Assembly (NCBI GenBank): GCA_021732785.1 | Contig: JAKFUG010000017.1 | Coordinates: forward strand, 51,352-115,351 | Direction of reading: 5' to 3' | DNA from: Planctomycetaceae bacterium | GTDB taxonomy: Bacteria; Planctomycetota; Planctomycetia; Planctomycetales; Planctomycetaceae | Length of the DNA stretch: 64,000 nucleotides | In this document: piece by piece, positions 10,054 to 20,588 of the stretch | Layout: each line of letters starts with the position of its first letter | How positions within the stretch are numbered: the stretch's first letter is position 1 | Program-made: the position numbers and the translations under genes | Notes under the pieces: model-generated | What the model was told of the DNA's origin: nothing | Seen by the model: only the letters and a program-made list of their open reading frames with translations | The model's database searches: none

Positions 10054-11004
10054 ATGCCGCGTCTGCTGGGTCTCGCCGTCCTGCTGGGTGTGTGTCTGCT
10101 TGCCGACATGAATCGGTGTGAGGCCGATGGCCCGGCGGTCACCGTTGTGGAAGTGCCGGGGCAACTCGGTGTGCGTATCGGCGGCGAGCCGTTCGCGGTC
10201 TTCAATGTGGGACCGGGGCTCGTGAAGCCGTACGTCTTCCCCTTGCGAGCCCCCGGCGGACACGTGGTCAACACGGTCGCCCCGTTCGATCACAAGCACC
10301 ACAAGGGCGTCTGGGTCGGTGTAGAACACGTCAACGGCGTGAATTTCTGGGGTGGCAAATATCAACAGCAAGACGCCGTGGACACCACGCCGAACGCGGA
10401 ACGGATCGCCAACAAAAGTATTTCCGCGACGCCGAACGCCAACGGTTCCTTAACGGTGAAAATGGTCAACGACTGGCAAGGAGAAGCCGGCAAACCCGTG
10501 GTGATTGAAACTACCGACGTGACGATCTTCCCGAATCGCCTGATGGTGTACGACATCCATCTCACGGCCGGTGCCGATCCGGTGACGTTCCAGGATACGA
10601 AAGAAGGCTTCCTCGCCATTCGCGTCGCTCCGACGATGAATGGCAAAACCGGGGGCGTGATCGTTAATGCCGCCGGGGACATGGGCGAAGAAAACTGCTG
10701 GGGCAAAACGTCGCCGTGGGTCGATTACTCCGGTCCCGTCGATGGCAAGACCGCTGGCGTCGCGCTGTTCGATCACCCCGGCAATGTGCGGCCGTCGCGC
10801 TACCACGTGCGGGCTTATGGACTGTTCGCCATCAGTCCGTTTGGTGAGAAAGTTTATTCGAAAGGCCAATCGGCCGAAGTGCCGCTCACACTGCCACCGG
10901 GGCAATCGTTCGGCGTGAAGTACGGTCTCTTTCCGCACGCGGGAGATGCCGTCGGCGGGAAAGTCGCCGAAGCCCACGCCCAGTTTGTCGAATGGACGAA
11001 GTGA
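10054..11004 (+). CDS. Secreted hypothetical protein (possibly PmoA/DUF6807-like beta-rich protein)
   Basis: Signal peptide MPRLLGLAVLLGVCLLA. Beta-rich with a conserved HKHHKGVW motif. The family assignment is tentative. Confidence 0.45.
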   Translation: MPRLLGLAVLLGVCLLADMNRCEADGPAVTVVEVPGQLGVRIGGEPFAVFNVGPGLVKPYVFPLRAPGGHVVNTVAPFDHKHHKGVWVGVEHVNGVNFWGGKYQQQDAVDTTPNAERIANKSISATPNANGSLTVKMVNDWQGEAGKPVVIETTDVTIFPNRLMVYDIHLTAGADPVTFQDTKEGFLAIRVAPTMNGKTGGVIVNAAGDMGEENCWGKTSPWVDYSGPVDGKTAGVALFDHPGNVRPSRYHVRAYGLFAISPFGEKVYSKGQSAEVPLTLPPGQSFGVKYGLFPHAGDAVGGKVAEAHAQFVEWTK

Positions 11005-11024
11005 GCGCGAAAAAAAGCGGCGCG

Positions 11025-13067
11025 TCATTCCGGCAAGGGCATCGCGACGAGGGTATTGGCTTCGGTAAAGAGGAGCGTCTTGCCGTTGGGTGTCATCGTC
11101 ACGGCATCCATTTTGCCGGTGCGTTGAAAGAGCCGTTCGCCGGAGGGAACGTCCCACACATCGCATTGACCGCGGCCGCCGATGAGCAGGCGGTGGCCAT
11201 CGGTGGAAAACGCCGCACAGGGGAAGTGCTGCGGGAACGGAACAATCCGCTTCGGTTCCAGCTTGGGGACGGTGTAAAACTGACCGCCGCGGCCGGAGTC
11301 GATGAGGATTTCATCCACACCGGGACGTGCGCAGATTGCCTGGCATTGGCCGGTTTCCACCGAAGTGACGAGCTTGCCCGATTCCAGCGACCACACGGTC
11401 ACAGTGGTTCCCGCACTGCTGACGAGGTGCTTGCCATCGGTCGCAAAGGCGATCGCGAGGAAACCGAAATTATTTTGATTGTTCGCCGGGACCGGGACCG
11501 GGATGCGGATTTTTTCATCGCCGGTCTTTGTTTCCCACACGACGAGATCGTGTCGATTCCCACCCGCCGCGCAGAGTGTGCCGTCCGCTGAAATTGCAAC
11601 CTCGTGCGCCGTGTCCGTGACGCCGGCCAGCCCGACCCTTCTCTCCAGCGTCAACGGATTCCACAGGTCGAGGTGATGCGTCCCTTTGTATTGGCCGCCG
11701 GACATCAATAGCTGTTTGCCGTCGGGAGACACTGCCGCGCCGAAATACAAACCCGCCGCTTTTCCCGGGACGCCATCGAAACGCTTGTCGAGTTTTCGGG
11801 TCGTGAGATTCCACAACAGCGCCCGCTGATCGAAACCGGTGGTCAGCACATGTTCGTTATCGGGATACGCGGTCAGCGTGAGAATGTTCCCGCGGTGACC
11901 TTCAAACTGGACGAGGCCTTCCTCATCGGGTTCGCTCACCTGCGGCGATGACAGATCGGTGGTGGCAAAGAGGTTCTCCGGATCATTGGCGGAAGCGGGT
12001 TCGTCACTCGTTCTTGGGAACCGCAACCGCCACCATTGAACGTCGCCATTGTTGGCCCCGACGAGCAACTCCGTCCCATCATGATTCAGCGCAAGCAGGT
12101 CCGGCTGCGTTTCGACCGAGAATTCGCCGAGTTTCGCGTTGGGCATCGTGCTGTCATACAACCAAAGGATTCCATCCCGGCTGGCAAACGCATACCGGCG
12201 ACCGTCACCGGAAACCGCCGGGGCCCAACCGGCCACAAACGATGTGGTCGATTTCACCGCCAGCGTTTGCGGGTCGAGATGGCGGATGCCGCTGTTCTGA
12301 CTGCCGTGCAAGGCGAGTTGCCCATCCGGTTGTTCCCACAGGGCATACGCCGAGCTGCGCTGCGGCCATTTCTCCAGCAGATCGACGGTACCGGTGGTAA
12401 GGTTCCAGCGTGCGGCATGCGGAATGGGAGGCGGCACCGCATCGCTCGAAGCCGCCCCCGCCATGAAGAGCAATTGACCATCGCGCGAGAACCGCAACAT
12501 CCGCAACGATTCCACTACGGCTTTTTCCGTTAGCAGGGAACGGCCATCGACGGTGCTCAAGACGTGGACCGGCCAGCCATAGCCCCCGACGGCCAGACGT
12601 TTTCCATCCGGAGAAAAGGCGAGTTGCTGAAACGCACTGCGAGGGGTTTCCACGTCCGGGTGAAACAACCATCCGTCTTTCAGATCGGGCAGCGTCAAAT
12701 AATGCACGCGCTGCAACGCACCAATCGCGACATGCTTTCCATCCGGGGTGACCGCCATACCACCGCGGAGACTTCCTGCGAAGGTCCCTTTCCATTCCGC
12801 TTGAATCTGCCCGGTCTGACGATCGAGCAGCAGCGCGACGTTGCTCTCCTGCAAGACGAGAATCCCCTCGGTTCCCGGCACAAACGCCAAACCGGCGATC
12901 GGCGTCCGGTCGGCGATTCGAAACCGCCGCTTCAACTGGGCGGGGAACTCCGGCGACCGGGGAGCATTCGGCGCGACGGCACGGACCGCAATCGGGGGCG
13001 TCGGCTGCGCTTCTGCCAACGTCGCAAATTGGTTCCAGAAGAGCGCGAGCAGCACAACTCGAAGCAT
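11025..13067 (-). CDS. Secreted WD40 / beta-propeller repeat protein
   Basis: 680 aa with a signal peptide and more than 10 repeats of the DG..LA.GG.DG.V.LW type. Confidence 0.8.
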   Translation of the reverse strand: MLRVVLLALFWNQFATLAEAQPTPPIAVRAVAPNAPRSPEFPAQLKRRFRIADRTPIAGLAFVPGTEGILVLQESNVALLLDRQTGQIQAEWKGTFAGSLRGGMAVTPDGKHVAIGALQRVHYLTLPDLKDGWLFHPDVETPRSAFQQLAFSPDGKRLAVGGYGWPVHVLSTVDGRSLLTEKAVVESLRMLRFSRDGQLLFMAGAASSDAVPPPIPHAARWNLTTGTVDLLEKWPQRSSAYALWEQPDGQLALHGSQNSGIRHLDPQTLAVKSTTSFVAGWAPAVSGDGRRYAFASRDGILWLYDSTMPNAKLGEFSVETQPDLLALNHDGTELLVGANNGDVQWWRLRFPRTSDEPASANDPENLFATTDLSSPQVSEPDEEGLVQFEGHRGNILTLTAYPDNEHVLTTGFDQRALLWNLTTRKLDKRFDGVPGKAAGLYFGAAVSPDGKQLLMSGGQYKGTHHLDLWNPLTLERRVGLAGVTDTAHEVAISADGTLCAAGGNRHDLVVWETKTGDEKIRIPVPVPANNQNNFGFLAIAFATDGKHLVSSAGTTVTVWSLESGKLVTSVETGQCQAICARPGVDEILIDSGRGGQFYTVPKLEPKRIVPFPQHFPCAAFSTDGHRLLIGGRGQCDVWDVPSGERLFQRTGKMDAVTMTPNGKTLLFTEANTLVAMPLPE

Positions 13068-13183
13068 CGGAAAAACTCCTGCAGCGGTGCGAATGACCGT
13101 GGAAAAGGATCACCGCATCGTATCGCAGGCACATCGCTCGTTCCAGATGCGCAGCAGTGCCGAATTGATCCGGGGGCCACATT

Positions 13184-13280
13184 GAAGAGTCGGGGCGGGG
13201 GCCCCGACCTAAGATTTTAGACTGATTTTACATCCATAGGTCGGGGCCCCCGCCCCGACGTCTTTGGATTCAAACGGCCC
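13184..13280. repeat. Palindromic hairpin element, family 1 copy 2 (loop inverted relative to copy 1)
   Basis: Same stems and flanks as 3347-3441, but the loop sequence is its reverse complement. Confidence 0.8.
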
Positions 13281-13366
13281 GTACCCAGAATTGAACCGGG
13301 ATCTATGATGGGAGACAATCGTACCTTCTGTTTGTTTCACATCATCGGAACACCGAGAACGCCGCG

Positions 13367-14164
13367 ATGGCAGACGCCGGTCATCCGTCACAGACTGCAT
13401 GGTGGCAACGGTTGCGGCCGTGGTGGCAACCGGCGGTCGATTTTTTGTTTCCCCCGGCATGTCTGGTATGTGGTGCGTCCCCATCCGATTTGGAGAGCGT
13501 GTTCTGTGATGCGTGCGCCGACCAGTTGCAGAATGCGCCGGGAGCCCATTGCACGCGGTGCGGGGCCGCGGTCGGACCGAATCTGGTGACACTTTCCGGC
13601 TGCGGGCATTGTCACGGTGAGCATTTTGCCTTTCGACGGGTGATCGCCCTGGGCGTTTATGACGGTGCGCTGCAGGCGGCGATCGGGCACGGCCAGCAAG
13701 TTCACGGCGGTCCCTTGATGCGCGGGCTGACCGATTTGTTGATGGCCGATCATCTCACCGAGTTTCTCGCCGAAGAATTCGACGCCGTCGTCCCGATTCC
13801 ACAGGATTGGCAACGGCGGTTCTTCGGCATCCATTCGGCGGCGGAGACCGTCGCCGAACGGTTAGCCGAACGGTTGCAGCGGCCAATGCGGGCGTCGATT
13901 CTTCGCAAGCCGCGGCCGACGCCATCGCAAACCGGCGCGGCTCCGAGCGTGCGACGAGTCCAGCAGCGCGGGGCCTTTGAAGTCCCGACGGGGATGATCC
14001 TGACCGGGGCTCGTATTCTGCTCGCCGATGACGTTCTCACCACCGGGGCGACTGCGGAAGCCGCCACCCGCGCGCTGAAAGCCGCGGGAGCCGCCGATGT
14101 GGTGGTCGCCGTCATCGCCCGGGGCTTGGGAGCGAGTTCCGTCCGTGCCGCGCGGGTGGAATAA
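13367..14164 (+). CDS. comF: ComF family protein (phosphoribosyltransferase domain, competence-associated)
   Basis: N-terminal Cys-rich zinc finger (CLVCG...CDAC...CTRCG) followed by a PRTase fold (ILLADDVLTTGAT). Confidence 0.8.
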   Translation: MADAGHPSQTAWWQRLRPWWQPAVDFLFPPACLVCGASPSDLESVFCDACADQLQNAPGAHCTRCGAAVGPNLVTLSGCGHCHGEHFAFRRVIALGVYDGALQAAIGHGQQVHGGPLMRGLTDLLMADHLTEFLAEEFDAVVPIPQDWQRRFFGIHSAAETVAERLAERLQRPMRASILRKPRPTPSQTGAAPSVRRVQQRGAFEVPTGMILTGARILLADDVLTTGATAEAATRALKAAGAADVVVAVIARGLGASSVRAARVE

Positions 14165-14322
14165 ATCGAAACAACGATTCGAGGCGTGTGCCAAGGTGGC
14201 CTTGTTGGCGCAGGCTTCGTACTGGACAATAACATCTCGACAAACTCATGCCGGTTGGCTCAGCACTGCAAGCCTGGCACCCCGGTGATGCTCGTTGTTT
14301 TATCGAATCGTGAAGGCTTCGC

Positions 14323-15255
14323 GTGACGGTTTCTGAAACGTCTGTTGTTCGTCTGGCAACCCGCGGCAGTGCGTTGGCCCTGTGGCAGGCCCGGCATATT
14401 TCCGGCCTGATTCAACACGCCAGCCCCGGCACCACCGTGGAACTCGTGGAAATCTCCACAACCGGCGATCGCGTGCAGTCGCAACCGCTCCGCGACATGG
14501 GCGGCACCGGGGTCTTCACGCGGGAAGTGCAAGTCGCCGTGCTTGACGGCCGCGCCGATCTCGCGGTGCATAGTTTGAAGGACCTGCCCACCGAAACCGC
14601 ACCAGGTCTGGCACTCGCGGGGATTCCCGAACGGGGCGTGACCGCCGATGCGCTGGTCCTGCCAAAAGGAAGTTCGCTCGCACCGCAATGGGAAGCGTTA
14701 CCGCCGGGGGCTCGTGTCGGCACCGGCAGTCCGCGGCGGCAATCGCAACTGCGGTATCTCCGCCCCGATTTGCAACTCAGCGAAATCCGGGGCAATGTCG
14801 AAACGCGATTGCGGAAACTGGATGACGGTGAATATGACGCTCTGATTCTTGCCTCCGCGGGGTTGATTCGGCTCGGTTTGGAACAGCGGATTTCGTGTCC
14901 GATTGCGCCGCCGGTGATGTACCCCGCCGTCAGTCAGGGGGCGATTGGTCTCGAATGCCGGGCCGATGACGCCGCCACGCAGCGGTTGCTGCAACTCATC
15001 ACGCATGGGCCGACATGGGCCGCGGCACTCGCCGAACGGTCGCTGTTGCGATCATTACGCGCCGGCTGTCACGCCCCGGTCGGCGTCAGTACGCGGGTGG
15101 ACGGAAACGCCTTGCAAATGGAAGCCGTCGTGCTTTCCCCCGATGGAACAAAACGCTGGATCGCCACCGCGACCGGGACCGTTACCGATCCCGAACCGCT
15201 CGGAGCCGAAGTCGCCAAGTCCCTCATCGACCAGGGTGCCGCCGCCGTTTTGTAA
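14323..15255 (+). CDS. hemC: Hydroxymethylbilane synthase (porphobilinogen deaminase)
   Basis: 310 aa with RLATRGSALALWQA, the dipyrromethane cofactor region and a C-terminal domain. GTG start. Confidence 0.9.
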   Translation: MTVSETSVVRLATRGSALALWQARHISGLIQHASPGTTVELVEISTTGDRVQSQPLRDMGGTGVFTREVQVAVLDGRADLAVHSLKDLPTETAPGLALAGIPERGVTADALVLPKGSSLAPQWEALPPGARVGTGSPRRQSQLRYLRPDLQLSEIRGNVETRLRKLDDGEYDALILASAGLIRLGLEQRISCPIAPPVMYPAVSQGAIGLECRADDAATQRLLQLITHGPTWAAALAERSLLRSLRAGCHAPVGVSTRVDGNALQMEAVVLSPDGTKRWIATATGTVTDPEPLGAEVAKSLIDQGAAAVL

Positions 15256-15310
15256 CCGATGCCCAATCGACGCTTGCGGTTTCGCGCCCCGCGCCGATTT
15301 ACGCCGTGCG

Positions 15311-15505
15311 TTAATCTTCACTCTGCGCCCGCAAAATCGTCGGCGATTGGCTGGGCGAGAGCGACGTGAATTCCGGGTCCTGCGAGGGGGCCGGATGGCG
15401 GTTCAGCCGATGCAGCCGGTGGGGCTTCAGCTCGTGCAGCAGGGAAGCGCAGCCGATCAGGTTCGAGGCGGCGAGAATCATCACCAGCATGCCGATGCGT
15501 GACAT
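15311..15505 (-). CDS. Small putative lipoprotein (64 aa)
   Basis: AAGGAG RBS 8 nt upstream of the ATG for MSRIGMLVMILAASNLIGC. Lipobox LIGC. Confidence 0.4.
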   Translation of the reverse strand: MSRIGMLVMILAASNLIGCASLLHELKPHRLHRLNRHPAPSQDPEFTSLSPSQSPTILRAQSED

Positions 15506-15671
15506 GGCTTTCTCCTTCACGAGACCGACCTTCCTCCCGAAGTATCGATGGGGGCTGTCGTTGTTCTAAAACCGTGCTTGAATTACCAGAAGCCCAATTC
15601 CGCGGATGATCGCTCGAGTTACCGATGGAATCCCAAACTTCGTTGCCAATGCGGCGAAATCTGCCGCCCGT

Positions 15672-16172
15672 TCATTCCCGAGGCGAGGGTTCACTTCGTG
15701 GCGGCGGCGTTTTCGGAGTCACTCGTTTCGGTGTGGGACGCACGGGCGGTTGCACCGAGGGAATCGGGTCCAGTCCCGACAAGTCAATCGGCCGGAACGC
15801 GATCCGAATGCCGGGATCGACGGGATACAGCGAGCGACTGACCAGCCAGCCGTCACTTGGGAAGAACGATGGGGCAGCGGAAAGAACGCCGTGGCGGCGT
15901 TGTTCGATCCTGGCTTTGCGTTCCTGTGCGGCCTGCGCGGCCCGGGCATGAACCCGCTGTTGAGCCGGGGACGGTTCCGCAGCCGGTGCGGGGCGATGCG
16001 GAATGGGCGCGATCAGAGCCGGTTCGCTGGGCAGCGGCGGCGGTGGTGTCAGCGGTTGAAGGGCCGCGGGCGGAGTGGTTTCGGCGAACGGATCGGCTTC
16101 TTCTTCCGCACGGAGGCACTGCCCCGCGGTCAGCAGAAATCCGCACACAAAAGCCGTCAACCACCGGCGCAT
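15672..16172 (-). CDS. Secreted proline-rich hypothetical protein
   Basis: Signal peptide MRRWLTAFVCGFLLTAG followed by a Pro/Ala-rich low-complexity region. Confidence 0.35.
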   Translation of the reverse strand: MRRWLTAFVCGFLLTAGQCLRAEEEADPFAETTPPAALQPLTPPPPLPSEPALIAPIPHRPAPAAEPSPAQQRVHARAAQAAQERKARIEQRRHGVLSAAPSFFPSDGWLVSRSLYPVDPGIRIAFRPIDLSGLDPIPSVQPPVRPTPKRVTPKTPPPRSEPSPRE

Positions 16173-16370
16173 CGAAGAGCGCTCCCGGACAAACTGACGT
16201 GATTCTCCATCCATGAGGAATCAACACCGCTTGCCATCATCCTTCATCGGGCGACAACCCGGCCGACATGCAGGCGATTTGGCAGTTTACGCAAACTTTT
16301 CCGATTTTGCTGAGATTGCGGACGACGATTCGATTCGTGATTCCCTTCCGTAGTGAGTCCGCTTCAACTT

Positions 16371-16462
16371 AAGAATGTCGGGGCGGGGGCCCCAACCTAT
16401 GATTTCCCATGGATTTTCATATATATAGGTCGGGGCCTCTGCCCCGACTCTTGAAACCGACC
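16371..16462. repeat. Palindromic hairpin element, family 1 copy 3
   Basis: GTCGGGGCGGGGGCCCCAACCTATG ... ATAGGTCGGGGCCTCTGCCCCGAC. Lies in the divergent region upstream of recQ. Confidence 0.8.
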
Positions 16463-16595
16463 CACGATCTTCACTTCCTCCCGAGAGGGCAGCCCCTGCC
16501 GGGTCTGACGATCCAACGCTGGGAACTCGCCGAAAAGTTGTGTACGGTGCCGTGAACGTTTTTCGCCCATCCCCCACGCAGGAAATTGCCCCACC

Positions 16596-18806
16596 ATGTC
16601 CGCGACGACCGATGAATTGCGGTTGTTGCAGGCGGCTTTGCACAAGCATTGGGGCTACGACGGCTTCCGACCGCATCAGCAGGCGGCGATGCAGGCCGTG
16701 CTGGATGGCCGCGATTCCGTCGTCGTGCTGCCGACCGGTGGCGGAAAGTCGCTGTGTTATCAAGCCCCGGCGGTCATCCTGGAAGGCGTGGCGATCATCG
16801 TGTCGCCCCTCATCTCGCTGATGAAGGACCAGGTGGACAGCCTCCGTGAATGCGGCATCCCCGCGGCGGCGGTCAACAGTTCACAATCGGCTGCCGAACG
16901 GAGCGCGATCGCCGCGGAATTGCGGGCCGGTCGGCTCAAGCTGTTGTACGTCGCCCCCGAACGGCTTTGCACCGACCGGATGCTGCACTTCCTGCTGGAA
17001 CTGAAAATCTCGTTCATCGCCGTCGATGAAGCGCACTGTATCAGTAATTGGGGACACGATTTTCGTCCGGAGTTCCGGTTGCTGGGCCAACTCCGCAATA
17101 CGTTCCCCGATGTCGCCGTGCATGCTTACACCGCCACAGCCACCGAACTCGTTCGGCAGGACATCGCCGAGCAACTCCGGCTGAACGATACCGAATTCAT
17201 CGTCGGTTCGTTTGATCGCCCCAACCTGCAATACCGCGTGATGCGGCGGCAACAGGTAAAGTCGCAAATCCGCGATGTCATCGCCCGGCACAAAGGCGAA
17301 TCGGGCATCATTTACTGCATCTCGCGGCGGGAAGTCGATTCCACCGCCGCCGATCTGAAAGCCGACGGTTACCGCGCGCTCCCATATCACGCCGGGCTGA
17401 CCGACATCCAGCGGGTCAAACATCAGGACATGTTCGTCAACGACAAGGTCGACATCATCGTCGCCACGGTCGCGTTCGGCATGGGAATCGACAAGCCCGA
17501 TGTCCGCTTCGTCATCCACGCCGCGGCTCCAAAGTCGGTCGAGCATTATCAGCAGGAAACCGGCCGCGCGGGTCGTGATAGCCTCCCCGCCGAATGTGCC
17601 CTGTTCTACAGCCACGGCGACTTCATGACGTGGGAGAAGATGCAGTCCGACCTGGAAGGCGACGCCGCATCGCAGATGAAGGCCAGCCTGAAATTGATGG
17701 AGCACTATTGCTCGTCGATGAGCTGCCGGCATCGCACGCTGGTCGAGCATTTCGGACAGGACTACGACGGCGACAACTGTGCCGCATGCGATGTCTGCCT
17801 CGATCAACTGGAACTCGTGGCCGAGCCGCTGATTGTCGCGCAGAAGATTCTGTCGTGTGTGGTCCGTGTGCGGGAGATGTTCGGGGCGATGTATGTTTCT
17901 CAAGTGTTATGCGGCTCGCAGGAAGCCCGCATTCTGGAGAACGGCCACGATCGGTTGTCGACTTACAATTTGCTTGGGGACCTCCATCAGAACGTCGTGC
18001 GGGAATGGATCGAGCAACTCGTCGGGCAGGGATGTCTCGCGAAAGATGGCGAATATCGCACGTTGAAAGTGACGGCGTTTGGTCGGCAGGTGCTCAAGGG
18101 AGAAGCCGTCCCGCGGTTGCTGCAACCGACGAAAAAACGCGCCGCGACCACATCCACGACTTCGAAGGCAGCCGTTGACGAACAACCGTTTGATGCGGGA
18201 TTGTTCGAGTTTCTGCGGGCCTTGCGGAAGGAACTTGCCGAAGCCCGCGGCATCCCGCCATTCATGGTGTTCGGTGATGTGACCTTGCGGGACCTGGCCC
18301 GACGCCGCCCGGTGACCGCGGAAGCATTTCATGAAGTGCATGGCGTCGGCGATCGCAAAGCCGCCGAATATGGTGAGGTGTTTCGTGCGGCAATCGCCGA
18401 GTATTGCACCGCGCAGCAGTTGCCGACCGAAGTCGCTGTCCCGAAGGGGATCGTGCCCCCGGTTGTAAGCGAACGGCCGAAAGATCCTTCCGAGCGCAGT
18501 GCAGCGCAATGTACCGCGGATGGATACTTTCGCAGCGGCATGATGGTGGAGCAAGTCGCCGTGAAAATGAGCCGCGCGGTTTCCACCACGCGGCAATACC
18601 TCACGGAGTTCCTGCGCTTCGATCGGCGCACCTCACCGGAACCGTGGCTCGATCCGGCGGTCTTCGATCGCATTGCCGTTGTCGCCGCCGACTATCCGGA
18701 TGAACGTCTCAAGCCGTTGTTCGAGCATTTCGAAGGCGTGATTTCGTACGACGATTTGCGCGTGGCAATGGTGTGCCTGCGAAACCGCCAGGTCACGACC
18801 CTATAA
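16596..18806 (+). CDS. recQ: ATP-dependent DNA helicase RecQ
   Basis: 736 aa with DEAH helicase motifs ([17 protein letters not shown]), the RecQ zinc-binding and winged-helix regions and a C-terminal HRDC-like region. Confidence 0.9.
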   Translation: MSATTDELRLLQAALHKHWGYDGFRPHQQAAMQAVLDGRDSVVVLPTGGGKSLCYQAPAVILEGVAIIVSPLISLMKDQVDSLRECGIPAAAVNSSQSAAERSAIAAELRAGRLKLLYVAPERLCTDRMLHFLLELKISFIAVDEAHCISNWGHDFRPEFRLLGQLRNTFPDVAVHAYTATATELVRQDIAEQLRLNDTEFIVGSFDRPNLQYRVMRRQQVKSQIRDVIARHKGESGIIYCISRREVDSTAADLKADGYRALPYHAGLTDIQRVKHQDMFVNDKVDIIVATVAFGMGIDKPDVRFVIHAAAPKSVEHYQQETGRAGRDSLPAECALFYSHGDFMTWEKMQSDLEGDAASQMKASLKLMEHYCSSMSCRHRTLVEHFGQDYDGDNCAACDVCLDQLELVAEPLIVAQKILSCVVRVREMFGAMYVSQVLCGSQEARILENGHDRLSTYNLLGDLHQNVVREWIEQLVGQGCLAKDGEYRTLKVTAFGRQVLKGEAVPRLLQPTKKRAATTSTTSKAAVDEQPFDAGLFEFLRALRKELAEARGIPPFMVFGDVTLRDLARRRPVTAEAFHEVHGVGDRKAAEYGEVFRAAIAEYCTAQQLPTEVAVPKGIVPPVVSERPKDPSERSAAQCTADGYFRSGMMVEQVAVKMSRAVSTTRQYLTEFLRFDRRTSPEPWLDPAVFDRIAVVAADYPDERLKPLFEHFEGVISYDDLRVAMVCLRNRQVTTL

Positions 18807-18828
18807 TCCTTTTCGCGAAACAATCTCA

Positions 18829-18892
18829 ACAAGCCGGAAGCGCAAGCGCCCGGTTCTTTCGTAGTGACCGGGCGTTCGCGCTTCCGGCTTGT
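18829..18892. repeat. Hairpin element, family 2 (ACAAGCCSGAAGCGCRAGCGCCSGGT inverted arms)
   Basis: Sits immediately 3' of recQ. Related copies at 29530-29627, 45822-45908 and 49329-49415. Confidence 0.7.
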
Positions 18893-18993
18893 AATGGCGC
18901 TCCAGCCAATTTTTTTCTGTTCACCTCTTGACGCCGCCGCGGCCGATTGTATTATTGAGTTAATACAACACTCACCGCCGGGAGACTCGACCC

Positions 18994-19392
18994 GTGCAGA
19001 TTCATATCTCCACCACCGATGGCGTGGCGATCTACCTGCAGATCGTCAACCAGATCAAATACCTCGTCGCCTCCGGGCGGCTCGCGCCGGGGGAAGAACT
19101 CCCCGCCATTCGCGTGCTCGCCGAACGGCTGATGGTGAATCCCAACACCGTCGCCCGAGCTTACCGCGAACTGGAAGCGGCGGGCATTGTCGAAAAACGG
19201 CGGACCGCCGGGACGTACGTTTCCGATCAGGGATCGCCTCTCGCGCGGAAAGAACGGATCAAGATTCTCACTGAACGAATTGATGCCCTGCTGGCGGAAG
19301 CGCAGCAACTCAACATCGCGTTCGCGGATGTCGTCAAACTGGTCGAGCAACGCCAGGCCGTGTTGCAGCCCGCTCGTTCTGATTCTGGATGA
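18994..19392 (+). CDS. GntR family transcriptional regulator (YtrA subfamily)
   Basis: 132 aa with an N-terminal winged HTH (PAIRVLAERLMVNPNTVARAYRELE) and a short C-terminal helix, typical of YtrA. Confidence 0.85.
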   Translation: MQIHISTTDGVAIYLQIVNQIKYLVASGRLAPGEELPAIRVLAERLMVNPNTVARAYRELEAAGIVEKRRTAGTYVSDQGSPLARKERIKILTERIDALLAEAQQLNIAFADVVKLVEQRQAVLQPARSDSG

Positions 19393-19419
19393 GGAGCGAA
19401 TGGGTGAGTGTGGATCAAT

Positions 19420-19545
19420 ACGGTCCCTTCTCTCCCGTCCGCGGGGGAGAAGGTGGCCGATAGGCCGGATGAGGGGGCTGAATGTTTCAACACGCCCCCT
19501 CACCCTAACCCTCTCCCCCGCGGACGGGGGAGAGGGGACCGGAAG
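19420..19545. repeat. Inverted-repeat element between regulator and ABC genes (CTTCTCTCCCGTCCGCGGGGGAGAAGG / CCCTCTCCCCCGCGGACGGGGGAGAGGG)
   Basis: Two arms of about 28 bp that are reverse complements of each other, separated by about 55 bp. Confidence 0.6.
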
Positions 19546-19612
19546 TTACGAAAACGATTTTGTCACTTCGCACGGCTCACAAAGCCACAAACCGCTGTTG
19601 AGGAGTTTCGCC

Positions 19613-20515
19613 ATGCCCGATCCCTTCCCGTCATCGGCCCCGCCCGTGGTCGACATTCAGCGTGTGACGCGGCAATTCGGCACGAAAACCGCCTTGGATG
19701 AGGTCTCGCTCGTCGTCCCTCGCGGCGGCGTGTTCGGACTCATCGGCGGCAACGGCGCGGGCAAAACCACGCTCATCAAACACGTTCTCGGCATGCTGAA
19801 ACCGCAGATCGGAAGCGTGCAGGTGTTCGGTCTCAACCCGGTCGACAACCCGGTGGGGACGCTGGGCCGCATTGGTTATCTCTCGGAAGAGCGAGACTTG
19901 CCCAACTGGATGCGCGTGGGCGAATTGATGCGGTACACGCAGGCGTTCTTTCCGAACTGGGATGAAACCTACGCCGAGGAATTGCGGGTGGCGTTCGATC
20001 TCGATCCCAAAGCGAAAGTGCAGAATCTCTCTCGCGGACAACGGGCACGGGCTGGGCTATTGGTGGCACTCGCGCATCGGCCAGATCTGCTCGTACTGGA
20101 CGAACCGTCGTCGGGATTGGACCCCGTTGTGCGTCGTGACATCCTCGGGGCGATTATCCGCACCATTGCCGATGAAGGCCGGACGGTGTTGTTTTCCTCA
20201 CATCTGCTGGATGAAGTCGAACGAGTGGCGGATCGGGTCGCCATCATCCATCAGGGACGCATCGTCCTCACTGCGCCGATGGATGAGATCAAGGAAACGC
20301 ACCGGCGGATGACGCTGCGGTTCGGCCAATCGGTTGACCGGCCGCCGACACTGGTGGGAACGCTTTCCTGTGACGGCGGCGGGGCCGAGTGGACGTACAT
20401 CTGCAACGGCGAGAGCGGCCAACTCCGTCGCGCCGCCGATGCCCTCGGGGCCACGGTCGTCGATGATTCTTCGCTGACCCTCGATGAAATCTTCGTCTCC
20501 CGTGTGTTGAAGTAG
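19613..20515 (+). CDS. ABC transporter ATP-binding protein
   Basis: Walker A GGNGAGKTT, signature LSRGQRARAG and Walker B LLVLDEP. The start is taken after the intergenic palindrome. Confidence 0.85.
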   Translation: MPDPFPSSAPPVVDIQRVTRQFGTKTALDEVSLVVPRGGVFGLIGGNGAGKTTLIKHVLGMLKPQIGSVQVFGLNPVDNPVGTLGRIGYLSEERDLPNWMRVGELMRYTQAFFPNWDETYAEELRVAFDLDPKAKVQNLSRGQRARAGLLVALAHRPDLLVLDEPSSGLDPVVRRDILGAIIRTIADEGRTVLFSSHLLDEVERVADRVAIIHQGRIVLTAPMDEIKETHRRMTLRFGQSVDRPPTLVGTLSCDGGGAEWTYICNGESGQLRRAADALGATVVDDSSLTLDEIFVSRVLK

Positions 20516-20588
20516 TTCCCCTTTGTCCGCTTGCGGTTTCGCGCTCCGCCCCCATCCATCACCGTGACAACCGACAGGAGTCCGCATC

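Noticed and set aside
19187-19612. 5' extension of the ABC ATPase ORF (442-aa version)
   Set aside because: The extension reads through the intergenic palindromic element and the GntR gene 3' end. The conserved ATPase N-terminus begins at the ATG at 19613, which has an upstream AGGAG.
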